NCBI RefSeq assembly: GCF_000143415.4
Contig: NW_003314308.1
Span: forward strand, 1 to 64,000
Source of the DNA: Selaginella moellendorffii
Taxonomy: Eukaryota; Plantae; Lycopodiophyta
Length of the DNA: 64,000 bases
Direction of reading: 5' to 3'
Shown here: piece after piece, positions 1 to 11,624 of the stretch
Numbering within the stretch: position 1 is the stretch's first letter
Layout: each line of letters begins with the position of its first letter
Program-made: the position numbers and the translations under genes
Notes under the pieces: model-generated
The model's input: only the letters and a program-made list of their open reading frames with translations
What the model was told of the DNA's origin: nothing
The model's database searches: none

Positions 1-69
1 TGAATGAGTTCCCCTTTTTTGACGAGTCTGCAAAATTATAGAAAGGATGAGTCAAATGGAGAGAGAGAG

Positions 70-72
<3 letters not shown>

Positions 73-101
<29 letters not shown>
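73..101. repeat. (AT)n microsatellite
   Basis: Directly visible; shorter allele at ~30008-30026. Confidence 0.9.
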
Positions 102-104
<3 letters not shown>

Positions 105-500
105 TTGATCCAGGTTTCTTGTTTTTTTCATACCTTGAGGAACCAATCGTTCAATTCCACTGATTTCTTTGCATACTTGAATGCAAAGAATAACAAATAA
201 TGAAGCTAGGTGCTTGGTTAGATTGAGGCAAGTTTTCAAATAGCTAGAACAATCTTTAGCTCTTTTAAGTTGTTTAGTGTTTAACCATCATGACATCAAT
301 CTTAAAACATGTCCAGAAGTTGGATTTTGTGCCCTCTAGATTAATGATGTTAATTTTAGACTCTTTGTCAGTGTTAATCCTTGTAATTTATAGGATAATA
401 TAGAGTTTCTCATATATTGTTTTTCAAATTTTACTTGATACTCTTCCAGTTCTAGATATGAGGCAAAATAAAGAACTTCATAGTATTTTATATGAAAACT

Positions 501-3385
501 TTAAAGTTGCAAATCATTATGACCGCCATATTCAGTCTCCTCGCCATTGGCACCAACAGTGTTGACATTCTCATGGCCATCATCTTTGTCATTCGGCATG
601 TCTTCATTGTTGCCTCTTGTAGCTTCTTGGTGGGTTGGTGTATAATTTGGCATCTCTAATTCCCAAGGACAAGCTTGCTTTATTGCCGCTGGAAACTTCA
701 TTGTTGTCGGGTACATGCCTCCATCTCTCACACCATGCTTTAGGAGTCGTGTGCATACCAGTGTTTCGAGAGGAATACCTCTATATTAGAGATACCTATA
801 ATAGAATATAAACAAATTGAGTATAGTTGAGAAATTGTATGTTACCTAAAAGCCGCTCGACGCATGAAGTAAAGTTGGCCAAGTTGTTTATCAAATGGAG
901 TCGTGCTTGTGGCCTTCTTTGGCAGCCAGTCCTCTCCGAGTTTTATAAGCTTAGTGGTGATGAAGTCCTTGAATGGAAATTGCTCAAGATCATCCCCTAT
1001 AAAAGGTGCTAGACACATCTCCCCTTCATATACAGTTAGTGAAATGTAGACGGTCCTCCTCATCACAGTCTCCATTATACTGTCCAAACCTTTTTCTCCT
1101 TCCCTGAGTCTGTTATTNNNNNNNNNNNNNNNNNNNNNNNNNNNNNNNNNNNNNNNNNNNNNNNNNNNNNNNNNNNNNNNNNNNNNNNNNNNNNNNNNNN
1201 NNNNNNNNNNNNNNNNNNNNNNNNNNNNNNNNNNNNNNNNNNNNNNNNNNNNNNNNNNNNNNNNNNNNNNNNNNNNNNNNNNNNNNNNNNNNNNNNNNNN
1301 NNNNNNNNNNNNNNNNNNNNNNNNNNNNNNNNNNNNNNNNNNNNNNNNNNNNNNNNNNNNNNNNNNNNNNNNNNNAACCTTCACCAATGGCTGAAGATAA
1401 CACAAACATTCTATGATAAGAAGTATACTTGGAAAAACATACCTTACTCCACACAGGCTCTTATAAAAGCCATTGGATTCTTGTACCATCTATTAGCATC
1501 TTGACGACCTCGATGATGCCGAATAAGTGATGCTAAATCATCACCATAGTGGCTGCAGACTGCATCCTCGTCGAGATTGGCAAGAAACCGGATTTGCTCA
1601 ATATCATGTACTAGGCTTCGTTTCTGCACTGCAAACTATCCTAACTTGCAAAACACAAATTGTTAAAAGTGATTGAAGAGGGAGTGGTACCTATGCATTA
1701 ATTTTGTGGCAAGCTATCACAAGCCTTGCCACATCTAGAGATCCTCTCGTATGTACATGTCCAGCCAGAACATTGATGTGATAGACAGGATTGTCTCGGA
1801 AGCATTCATTGATGCACTTTATCCACGCACACCAGCGATGATTCCCGTCGATAATGTAGAACATTTTCCCTACAAATTGTTGAGTCTCAAGATGGCTCAT
1901 AAGCATGTTGTCAAATTTGCGGGACTTCATTTTCCAAATGTCATCCCAAACCCTCTCAATTTCTGGTGACACCGAGAGGGTATTTGTCGTTCCTGGCTTG
2001 AAGACCGAAACAAGGAACATACCTATATTTGTCCCAAGGCCATTATGTTTGTACAGACTATAGATGTTCATGTTGATGAAGTGTGGTGAAGCAGACCGAA
2101 TGATGCTTGTCTGAGTGAATCGACATAGTGGGATTTCTCGGATTATGTCTCCCGGGCCTTCCCACTTGAGAAACTCTAGAGTCGTGTGAATGGCCTTTTC
2201 TTTGGTTCTCAAAACTGTCTCTTGTAAGTGCTTGTCTACAATGTGTTTAAGTAACTCCACTTCTCTTTCAGATTCAGCTACACCTCCAGTAGCACCATTA
2301 TCAGATCTAGCCCTCAGCTTGGGCCTAACACCCCCGTCAGGCGCACTTGGGCACTACTTTGTAATGTAGTTAGTTTCTGCCATATTTTGTGAATATGTTA
2401 AGAGTAGTGGCATTTGTGGTTGTGGCTGCAATGGTAGTGACGACAATCGCGCTGCTGGTGGTGATGATGGTGGCGGTAGTGGTGGTAATAATGGCGATGA
2501 TGGCATTGGTGGTAATGGTGGTGATGACGGTGGTGGTAATGGTGGTGATGAAGGTAGAGGTGGCAATGGTGGTGGCAGTGGTAATGGTGGTGGTGGCATC
2601 GATGGTGGTGGTGGCAAAAATGGGGGTGCATGTGGACTAGAGCTATCTGGTTGTGAAGACGGCAGAGTTGTCGCTGTGGAATCTCTATCTGAAGGCCAAC
2701 TTGATTGTCATCCTGGATCTCATCTTCCTCATGTCTTCTATTTGATCCAACATCCTTCTCCTTTTGTAGTTGCTTCCGTTTCTGAAAATAATATAAATTA
2801 AAAATGCATAAGAAGCGAGGACTTTGGGGCAAGGACTTGGCGTAGGAGCTGGTTCGCTGGCGAACTAGCCCTCCTCCCAATGCCAAGTCCAAGTGCCCTA
2901 GCTGGGCATTTGGTGCGGGCCGATTCGCTGGCAAACCGGCCCTCCTCCCAGCGCCAAGTCCAACTGCCTAGGCTGGGCACTTGACGCGGGCCGGCCAAGG
3001 TGCTTGGGGGAGGGCTGGTTCGCCAGCAAACTGGCCCGCCCCCAAGCGCCTTGGCCGGCCTGCCCCCAAGTGCCTTTGCCGGCCCCGCGCAGAGTGCCTG
3101 GCCCGGGCACTTGGCACAGGCACTTGGCACGGGTGCCGGTTCGCTGGTGTACCGATGGCCTGCCCGGGCGGAGTGCCCGGCCAAATGCCCGGCCTGGGCA
3201 CTTGGCAGCGGTGGTGCTGGGCAGCGGTGGCCCTGGGCAGTGGCGGCGCTGGGCGTGGCATGGCGTGGGCGCGGCAGCACTGGGCATGGCGGTGATGGGC
3301 AGCGGCGGCCCTAGGCAGTGGCAGCACTGGACGTGGTGTGGGAGTGGAGGAGTAAAAAACTTACTCTTGGCGGCATTCTGTTCAT
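501..3385 (-). pseudogene. Spliced ParB/sulfiredoxin-like domain gene with Pro-rich N-terminal region, decayed (copy A)
   Basis: Exon 1 MNRMPPR (3385-3365) with GTAAGT donor, intron 3364-2782, then KRKQLQKEKD giving an MPPRKRK NLS-like start. Poly-Pro tract 2354-2617; ORF 1691-2260 with FYIIDGNHRWCAW (~1823-1858); further GT-AG-bounded exons down to a stop at 501. In-frame TAG at 2354 and 1691, plus a frameshift near 2620. Confidence 0.7.
2848..3206. repeat. GC-rich array of two alternating palindromes (copy A)
   Basis: P1 ~GGGCCGGTTCGC-NN-GCGAACCGGCCC at 2848, 2917, 3012 and 3136 (partial); P2 ~AAGTGCCC-N5-GGGCACTT at 2891, 2962, 3092, 3183. Confidence 0.9.
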
Positions 3386-4153
3386 CGCTGATGGATCCCA
3401 CAGTCACTCTCAATCTCCCACTCTCATTACATTCTACAAATATTTGCTAGCAATGTACAATTTCTATTCTATCCTAGATTTGATCACATGACAAAGTCCT
3501 TTTGAGTTGTAANNNNNNNNNNNNNNNNNNNNNNNNNNNNNNNNNNNNNNNNNNNNNNNNNNNNNNNNNNNNNNNNNNNNNNNNNNNNNNNNNNNNNNNN
3601 NNNNNNNNNNNNNNNNNNNNNNNNNNNNNNNNNNNNNNNNNNNNNNNNNNNNNNNNNNNNNNNNNNNNNNNNNNNNNNNNNNNNNNNNNNGCAATGTATA
3701 TAGATAATTTACTATAGGTGATAGATGGTATTACAAAGATGGAATATATTTAAATGAGTTCAGAAGAATATGACGATTTCTGGCTTTAATGAAGTACTGA
3801 AAATATGTACAATATTTAATTTGTTTGGCAACAGTTAGTTGATGGTAGATCCTAGAATAAAATCATTCATATCTTTCATATTATGGCATATGCTTGAGGT
3901 GATATTTCTTTCCGTTCTACCAAAAGTTAGTCCATATAATAAATTTGAGCATGTTTTTGAATTCAATGTATACAGACTTTTAATATTGTACAACATAGTC
4001 CTATATACTTCATATAGAATTTATTATAACAACATTATTCAATGTTAGATCCTAGAATAAAATCGCCCTTTCTTTTCACATAATGGCATAGCGCATGTTT
4101 GAGGTGACATTTCTTTATAAAAGTTTAAAGTTCCAAAACTTAAAGGCAACAAA

Positions 4154-6974
4154 ATGGAGAGTTTCCTTTTGCATTACCAAGATCACCCACCGCTTTTTTT
4201 CTCTCAAAGTCTTATTTCAGAAAGTTTTCTTTGCCGACGTTTTGATCTTTCTCTCAGTTCTATTTCATTGGAGGCTGTGATTCGCAACAACATTTGTGTA
4301 GTTGAACAATCGGAGTTTCTTCTTTTAGGTGTAGGTGAAGGTGGACAACATTGGGATTTACAACATTCCAAGTCAAAGGAGATTCGAGTTTTTGGATCTC
4401 CAATCAAAGTGCGAGGCTGCAATCCTGCCAAAGTGAATGTGAAGCAAGATTCGGTCATCATCATTTCTTCCTATTCTAGTTCTAATGGAGATTTTAGTCT
4501 AGTGCGAGCTAAGAATTTTCCAAACTCGAACTTCACTGATATTCAAAGTTGTTTGCAATGCTTTCCAGTTTTCACACCTCTCTATCGTGTGTTCCTTTCT
4601 GGATAGGCCCGTTAGCAAGCTCCCATCTACATAAAATGGCAATATCTTCTTTGAACTACCACCTTTTGTCAGCTCAAAACAAAAGGGGATCGAGACGAAG
4701 CAGGACTTTCACAACTGGTGCAAGATTAAGACCACACATTTCCAGCATTTCAAAGGCACAGTGTTCATGGTTCATTGTGGTGAGTATTTGGATTGTGTGA
4801 ATAAAGCATGCAATTGAGAGCGTGGTAAAAAACTCCATATTTTTTGAAGGATTTGCAACCAATCCTCTCATCTGTGACACCATTGGTGTTGGATTCAAGT
4901 GTCAGTTTTGCAAAAATGCTCCANNNNNNNNNNNNNNNNNNNNNNNNNNNNNNNNNNNNNNNNNNNNNNNNNNNNNNNNNNNNNNNNNNNNNNNNNNNNN
5001 NNNNNNNNNNNNNNNNNNNNNNNCTACGGGGCCAAGATATACTATTTTCTTCCATGGGATGGAGAGGCTGGTAGAGTTGCAGTACATATTGGCATGCACA
5101 CACATCCAATGCAGGAAGGGATACAAAGGAGTTCAGTCAACCATTTCAAAGATGCAATGCAAATAGAGACTATAAGAAACTCATCTGCAACTCTAAAGCA
5201 TGTTCAAATTACAGTGTTTAAGGATTTTATCACAAGCACTTTACTTGATCCGGACTGCAAGAATACTCAACTGGATGAGACTAGCTTGCGGGAGTTATTA
5301 CGACATGTGCAACTTGCAACTAGCCTCAGGAGGTATGAAAATATTATTACATACTTTTCAATAATATCTCTCTTACATTTTGTTTTATTTAGGATAAAAT
5401 CTTGGATGTGTGAATCTCAAGAGGGGAAACTCCAATAAAAAATCAACTCAATCCTTGAACTAAAATGGATTTATCCCTACGAGTTTATCCACCTTATCAA
5501 GCCAGATTTCCAATTAACATTTAAAGAGTTGTGCAAACAATGGCAGGTTGTACCTTCTGAAGAAGAGCACAAGGCAAAAACAAACAAGATCTGAATGTGG
5601 TGGCATAAAAATAGCCATACTGACGTAAGTTGTCTACCACAACTTGAGTCATGGTTGGGGTGGTGGGAAGTTAGAATGTTCCAATGGGGACATCACTCTT
5701 TTCAGATTGGTTTTTCATTTTTTCCTCTCTTTTTATTGCTTTTTAATATCATCTTTTTATAAGGATCAACTACTTAAAGATCTTGCATACACCCCAACTT
5801 TGAATCTCTCAGAGAGTAAATATTGGAGCTGGCATTCCTCTGAGGCAGGGAAAGGGAAAATGAGTTTATATGAAGCATGTCTATCAAATTTGATACACGT
5901 TGTAGAGCAGCCTTCAAAAGCCTTGGCATTTGAGGAAGGAAGATACATGGGAACAGGACTTTCAGTTGAGATGTTACAAGAAGAAAGTGACTCCACCAGC
6001 ACAAACAGTGGCAACTGCAGTGGAGGAAGTGGTCTGTGGAACATCTATGGAGTACACTCCCCGGGCTTCTATTGGTGATATGAAGACCGTCCGCTCAAAG
6101 CGTCGCTTTTCCTTTGTTGGTGAAGATGTTAGCACAGATCTTGGAGCAAAAAGCTCTCACAAGCTTGATGTTGAGTATCATTCTGCTCCAAGACATCACC
6201 CCCGAACCGAGCCACCTCAAGTGGCTGATGAAGAAAGTGCATCACAGCAAGTTGAAATTGCTTATCGTAGCATAGAGCTGAAGCAATGGGCAATCCATCG
6301 AGTGCCAGCAAAATCAAATGTAAGGTGTGTGGGGATGCTTCCGAGAGGCAAGTGTTGGGCTTGGATCCGTGGTGACAAGTCTGCTTCTATTCCAGCCCCA
6401 TATTTTTATGGGGAACGAAAGCAAGTAGAATTTTCAAGATGGTGTTGGTTATATTGCTACAACATTGATGTCAACCATACAAAGTGGCTTGAAAACANNN
6501 NNNNNNNNNNNNNNNNNNNNNNNNNNNNNNNNNNNNNNNNNNNNNNNNNNNNNNNNNNNNNNNNNNNNNNNNNNNNNNNNNNNNNNNNNNNNNNNNNCTC
6601 GGATGAGATTGAAAACCTTGAGAAATCTGGTTTTAATCTTGAAAGGTAAGGCAGTTAAATTTATTGGTACCATCTCCAAGTAGAAGCAAGGTAAAATAAA
6701 CTTGGCTCAAACACTTGAGTATGAGATTCTCTCCACAAAGTACATCATTGCGTTTGCAAAGGAGTACATAGTCAAAACAGAAGGTGGAGAGTACATAATT
6801 GCCATTCAAGACTTTCCTTCTTGCACATGTCCAAACTTTACGAAATGCGAGGAATATGGGAAGGCATATGCTTCTTGCAAGCATATGTACTACATCTTTA
6901 TCAACATCTTGCACCAGGATCCTAAAGTGGATATTCATATACACCAAACAAGTCTTATTATTGCCGAGTTGTAG
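4154..6974 (+). pseudogene. Mutator-like transposase remnant with GCM/WRKY-type Zn finger and C-terminal SWIM finger (copy A)
   Basis: HCGGYLDCVNKAC and CQFC...CC...HIGMHTHP (gaps filled from copy B); TPTLNLSESKYWSW resembles the MULE N-x-x-E-S catalytic-Glu motif; SWIM CTC-x15-CKH in PSCTCPNFTKCEEYGKAYASCKHMYY; many stops and frameshifts; the DD core was not found. Confidence 0.7.
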
Positions 6975-8619
6975 AAAAATTTTGGAGCTAATTAGATTTT
7001 CCAACACTATTGATGTTTATTCTCTATCAATAATATAAATTAATTATACCTTATATAATTAATAAAAATATTTTATTATTTCACTTTTCATTTCATATAC
7101 TTGCGAGGGTTGTTTTCGCAATACTACCCATAGTATTCGTGAGTCTCCATTTTTTTCTTTATCATCTCAAAAAATATTTCATAGTAATCTTTTGGGTGCG
7201 TGATGTTGCAATGTATTATGAGAGCATATGTACTATCATAGTTGTTTTTTTTTTCCTTTCAAATGGTTATACGTCCTTATATATAATCTTAATTCAAATT
7301 TAATAATTTTAAAATTCTAATGAACCTGACATTTACAAGCTAGAAAGCACAGAGTACAAATTTAAAGAAGTGACAAGAATACTCTTTTTGCAAACATTTT
7401 ATTTTATGTTCTAACAAACGTCTCTATCATTGCATGTAGTAAATATTTAAATTATTAAAACAAGAAGTGTCCTTTAGAACATTTTTATCTATATAATATA
7501 TAAAGAGTTATGAAATTATTAAGTTCACCATAACTTTAAAATTTTAAAGTTTATAATGTTTGTACTAAATTATAATTGAAAATTGAGCTCAACTCGTGAG
7601 CTTAACTGTCCAACTCATGAGCTCAAGTATGGTCTGCGCTCTGGATTGGGAAGTTATTAATTATTTTTTTTTAATTTCTAATCTAGATGTAATATAAAAT
7701 AAATAAGGAAGTATACAGTAACTTAAAAATGAATTTTTCTTACAGCATTATTTATTATATAGCTAGCAATATAATAATAATAATAAATAAATTTGCTCTA
7801 AATTATAAATAAATTATAAGAAAATATGTCTCTGATATANNNNNNNNNNNNNNNNNNNNNNNNNNNNNNNNNNNNNNNNNNNNNNNNNNNNNNNNNNNNN
7901 NNNNNNNNNNNNNNNNNNNNNNNNNNNNNNNNNNNNNNNTTTCAATTATAGTTAATCACTTGGATCCCTTGGAAATGATGAACTTCAAAAGATTACACAA
8001 TGGCTAGTGCAAAATTTGTTTTATAATCTTGTTGTAGAGTAACTAATAGAGCAACAATAGTATGCATAGCATTTTTAGTTTACTTTAGAAAATATAGTGT
8101 AAAGCATATACCTAAAATATTTAATATATAATAAAATATTCCTCATTCTAAGGGTTATAATTTCTTGCTGTTAAACTTTTCTATAATTCATTTTTATCAA
8201 GATTTAATTCTAATATTCTTGGGGGATGGGGAGGGGGGACAGCTTCCTATTAGGTGTGTCTATCTTTATTTTACATTTGGCTTAGGTCTAAGCTTAAGAT
8301 CCATACCATGTTAGCTAGTGGAGTATTTATATCCTTGCGCTAGACCATTAATATGTTGAAATAATGCTTTAGCTTTGTTTTACATGTTTGTTTTAATGTT
8401 GGGATGCTAAAAGTTTTAAGACTATTTTAATGTTGTTTTGTACTCCTGTTTCATTGCTCTTTAGTTGCATATTCAAGAGTTGTTCCATACTTTTATTTTT
8501 TTGTTCATTAGGCATATGCTTAGGAGTTTGATTCTATCATTTTGTTTAGTGGCCTAAAGCCCTAAAACTTAGGTGTTGCCCTTAGCACACATATCTCAAA
8601 AGTTAGGTCTGTTCCATTG

Positions 8620-9120
8620 CTATCCTATAGTAATTAAAAGGTGAAAATCATATATGCTATAGATATAAAGATGATTTTGTCTTAAGTATATGCTAGAAGA
8701 TAAAGAAGATTTTATCTTGAAGCATATGCTAAAAGATAACCATGCAAAGTAGAAGAGGATCCATATCAAAAGGTGGTAATATACCCATACAAACAATAAT
8801 TTGATAGATATAAAGGAATTCAAAGTGCTCAACCATATGTTGTGTGGCATCAGAATTAATAATAAGAGTAAAAAACAACTAATAGTTAATAAAGCACCAG
8901 TAACATGAGTATGATTGTGTTGAAAATCCATAGTTAAAAATAAAATAGGAGAAGATGAGTCATCAATAGTAGCATATGTCTATTGTTGTTATCCATTAGA
9001 ACTAGTAGCAATATAAGCTTCAGAGACTTGCCATGGATGAGGAATAACATGAGAAATTGAATAAGTATTATTTAGATGTTGACAAAAAAATTAGGAAATA
9101 CGGCCAAAACGATTCTAAAT
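8620..9120 (-). mobile_element. Highly degenerate Ty1/copia protease remnant
   Basis: Minus frame INSDATQHMVEHFEFLY (~8819-8860) resembles the copia IDSGATxHM motif; paralogous to 10620-10930. Confidence 0.5.
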
Positions 9121-9537
9121 ATATAGTAGGGATAGTGGGTAAGTTGGGCGTGGTTGACCAACCTGAAACATTATCTAACTTCTTATTAGGTATGTTCATT
9201 TTTGTTTTACGTTTGGCTTAAGTTTAAGCCCAAACTTTGTACTATATTAGCTGGTGGAATATTTTTATGTTAGGCCACTATTATGCTAAAATAGTCTTTT
9301 AACTCCATTTTATGTGATAGTCTTGATATTGGAATGCTAAAAGCTCTATTCCTTATTCTTTATTTGTTCTTATTCCTTTGTTCATTAGCTTTATATATAC
9401 TCAAGAGTTTTATTCATCATTTTATTTATTCACTCTTATTCCTTTGTTCATTGGTTATATATATACTCAAGAGTTTTGTTCATCCCTTTGTTTAGTGGCC
9501 AAGGCCCTAAAACTTAGGTGCCACTCTATTGCCATTA

Positions 9538-9567
9538 GCACACACACACACACACACACACACAGAG

Positions 9568-9598
<31 letters not shown>

Positions 9599-9613
9599 TA
9601 TATATATATATAT
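9538..9613. repeat. (CA)n/(TA)n compound microsatellite
   Basis: Directly visible; different length at ~39361-39400. Confidence 0.9.
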
Positions 9614-10619
9614 AAAATATTTTAAATTTGGATTTCTCATGATGTCATTAAGCCCAATACTATTCAACATTTAAACTTAAGGACACTTAACCCTAAATAT
9701 TTTGAAACCTTTAATTGATTGAAAAAAAGGGGTACACTTTTATTCATCCCTTTATATTTGAAGTCTATAGATCATCTCTCAAGTCATTCCCTTTAGTTAT
9801 TTACAATTTATTACGTTTCTTTATAAGTTCTTTATAGATGCAACTTTCTTGACACTGTACAAGTCAAGCCTAATTGAAATAAATTAGACTTGCTAAATGT
9901 TAATCTCAACATATGGTATAATTCCTCTAGCCAATTGAAAGTCAAACCCAAGATCCCTCTAATATTAAATGTAAGCTCATAAATTTAAACTTTTTGGGAG
10001 GTCATCCAACTTAGGTTATTCAAACGCAAGAATATTTAACCCCAAGTATTCCAAGACCTCTAACTGGTTACACTTTTATTTATGGGCCCTTTCCCCTTAT
10101 ATTTGAATATCATATATCATTTCTCGAGTCATTCCTATTAGTTGTTTACAATATGTTTCAAGAGATATGGTCATTTTATAATAATTAACTATAGGCTATA
10201 AGGTGAAAATCATATGTATTACATATATAAAGATGATTTTGTTGTGAAATATATATATAAAAAGAAGATCATGCAAAGTAAAAGAGTATCCATAACAATC
10301 AAAAGTTGGTAATATACTCATGTTTACAATACAAGCAATAGATAAAATATTAGTGTGAAGGGATGGAATTATAAACTTTTAAATTTAAATTTCTTGGGAA
10401 GTCATCAAACCTATTACTACTCAACTAAAAGATATGTATTAAGTATTCCAAAACCCTTAATTGATTGGAAAATAAAATACACTTTTGTTCATAAGCCTTT
10501 TCCCTTTGTATTTAAATCTTTACATATCATTTCTCAAATTATTCTTTTTGGTTGATTACAGAAATATAAAAAACTCTCTTGAGAAAAAGAGAGTTTTAAA
10601 TTTGTATCCTAAATAACTT

Positions 10620-11330
10620 GGATAATCATAAAGGAATTCAAAGTACTCAACCATATATTATGTGGCATCAGAGTCAACATTAAGAGTAAAAGAAGAACTA
10701 ATAGTCAATAAAACACCAGTAATATAAGCATGATAAGAATCCTTAGTTAAAGACAAAATAGGAGAAGATGATTCATCGATAGTAGTATATACTTGTTGCT
10801 GTTATCCACTAGAACTAGTAGCAATATAAGCTTAAGGGAGTTGCCATGGATGAAGAATAACATGAGAAATTGAACAAGTATTATTTAGGTATTGATAACA
10901 AAATTAAAAAATATGGTTAGAACGATGATAAAACCCAGAAGATTGATGATAAAGGCATGCTTATCAACCATAATTATAACAACTATTGCCCAAACCACCA
11001 TAAGAATGAAATGAATTTTATTAAAAAGAGAACCACTTATTTGAAACATGAGCATTAATAGATGGTGACTGAGAGTAAAGTGTCGGGGGAAGCATATTGA
11101 ACAACAATTCTAATCACAAATTGCAGTAAGAGCAATCTTAAAATTATAATGATCATTCATCATAAGATTAGTAACCACAATAGAATACTTTAAAGGAAGA
11201 GTGTTCAAAAACCAAAGAAAGCAATCCTCAAGGGTAAGAGTCATATCTCAGCTGTAAGTCTAGTTGTATCATATAGCCTTTGTGATATTGCTTGGATCTA
11301 TAATTCTTAAGTGAAAACTTGATGAAGTTC
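10620..11330 (-). mobile_element. Degenerate Ty1/copia gag-protease remnant
   Basis: Minus frames EDCFLWFLNTLPLKYSIVVTNL (copia gag-like) and LNVDSDAT*YMVEYFEFLYDY (VDSDAT at 10661-10678); riddled with stops. Confidence 0.5.
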
Positions 11331-11624
11331 TTTGGTGTAGTTTGGATTGCAATTGCGACTAATTGCGCTAGTCTGCTGTTGTAGTTGCAAAATGACAAAG
11401 GGCTTTTGATGTTATTGATCTTGTGTTGGTACAGTAATTCTCACCCTAGAACAAGCTACCAAACACAGGAATCAATTAAAAACTAACTTGAGATCTTCAA
11501 TGCTCAAGAAGGCTCATGCAAATGGTTGTGAGTAAGGATAGGCTTGATATTACTAGAATACTCCAAGTCGTGAGAAAATGGATATGCATTGGTCATAAGC
11601 TAGAATACAATAGAGAAGTGCTAA

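Noticed and set aside
2389-2934. Poly-His and poly-Val ORFs
   Set aside because: Alternative frames of the CCA/CCR tract encoding the Pro-rich linker
2848-3206. CRISPR-like repeat-spacer array
   Set aside because: Eukaryotic context, two repeat types, irregular and partly repeated spacers, no cas genes
2798-3450. Many overlapping Ala/Pro/Gly/Arg-rich ORFs on both strands
   Set aside because: Stop-poor GC-rich palindromic repeat DNA, mostly inside a predicted intron; no protein motifs
4924-5023. Length differences at 100-N runs (also 6498-6597, 7840-7939, 32519-32618, 39701-39800)
   Set aside because: Placeholder assembly gaps; the other unit shows only a few to tens of bases there, and ORFs spanning them are artefacts
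7101-7137. Helitron 3' terminus
   Set aside because: No CTRR at the expected distance and no Rep/helicase in the window
8620-8931. Hydrophobic ORF as retroviral env or membrane protein
   Set aside because: Off-frame reading of an AT-drifted copia protease remnant
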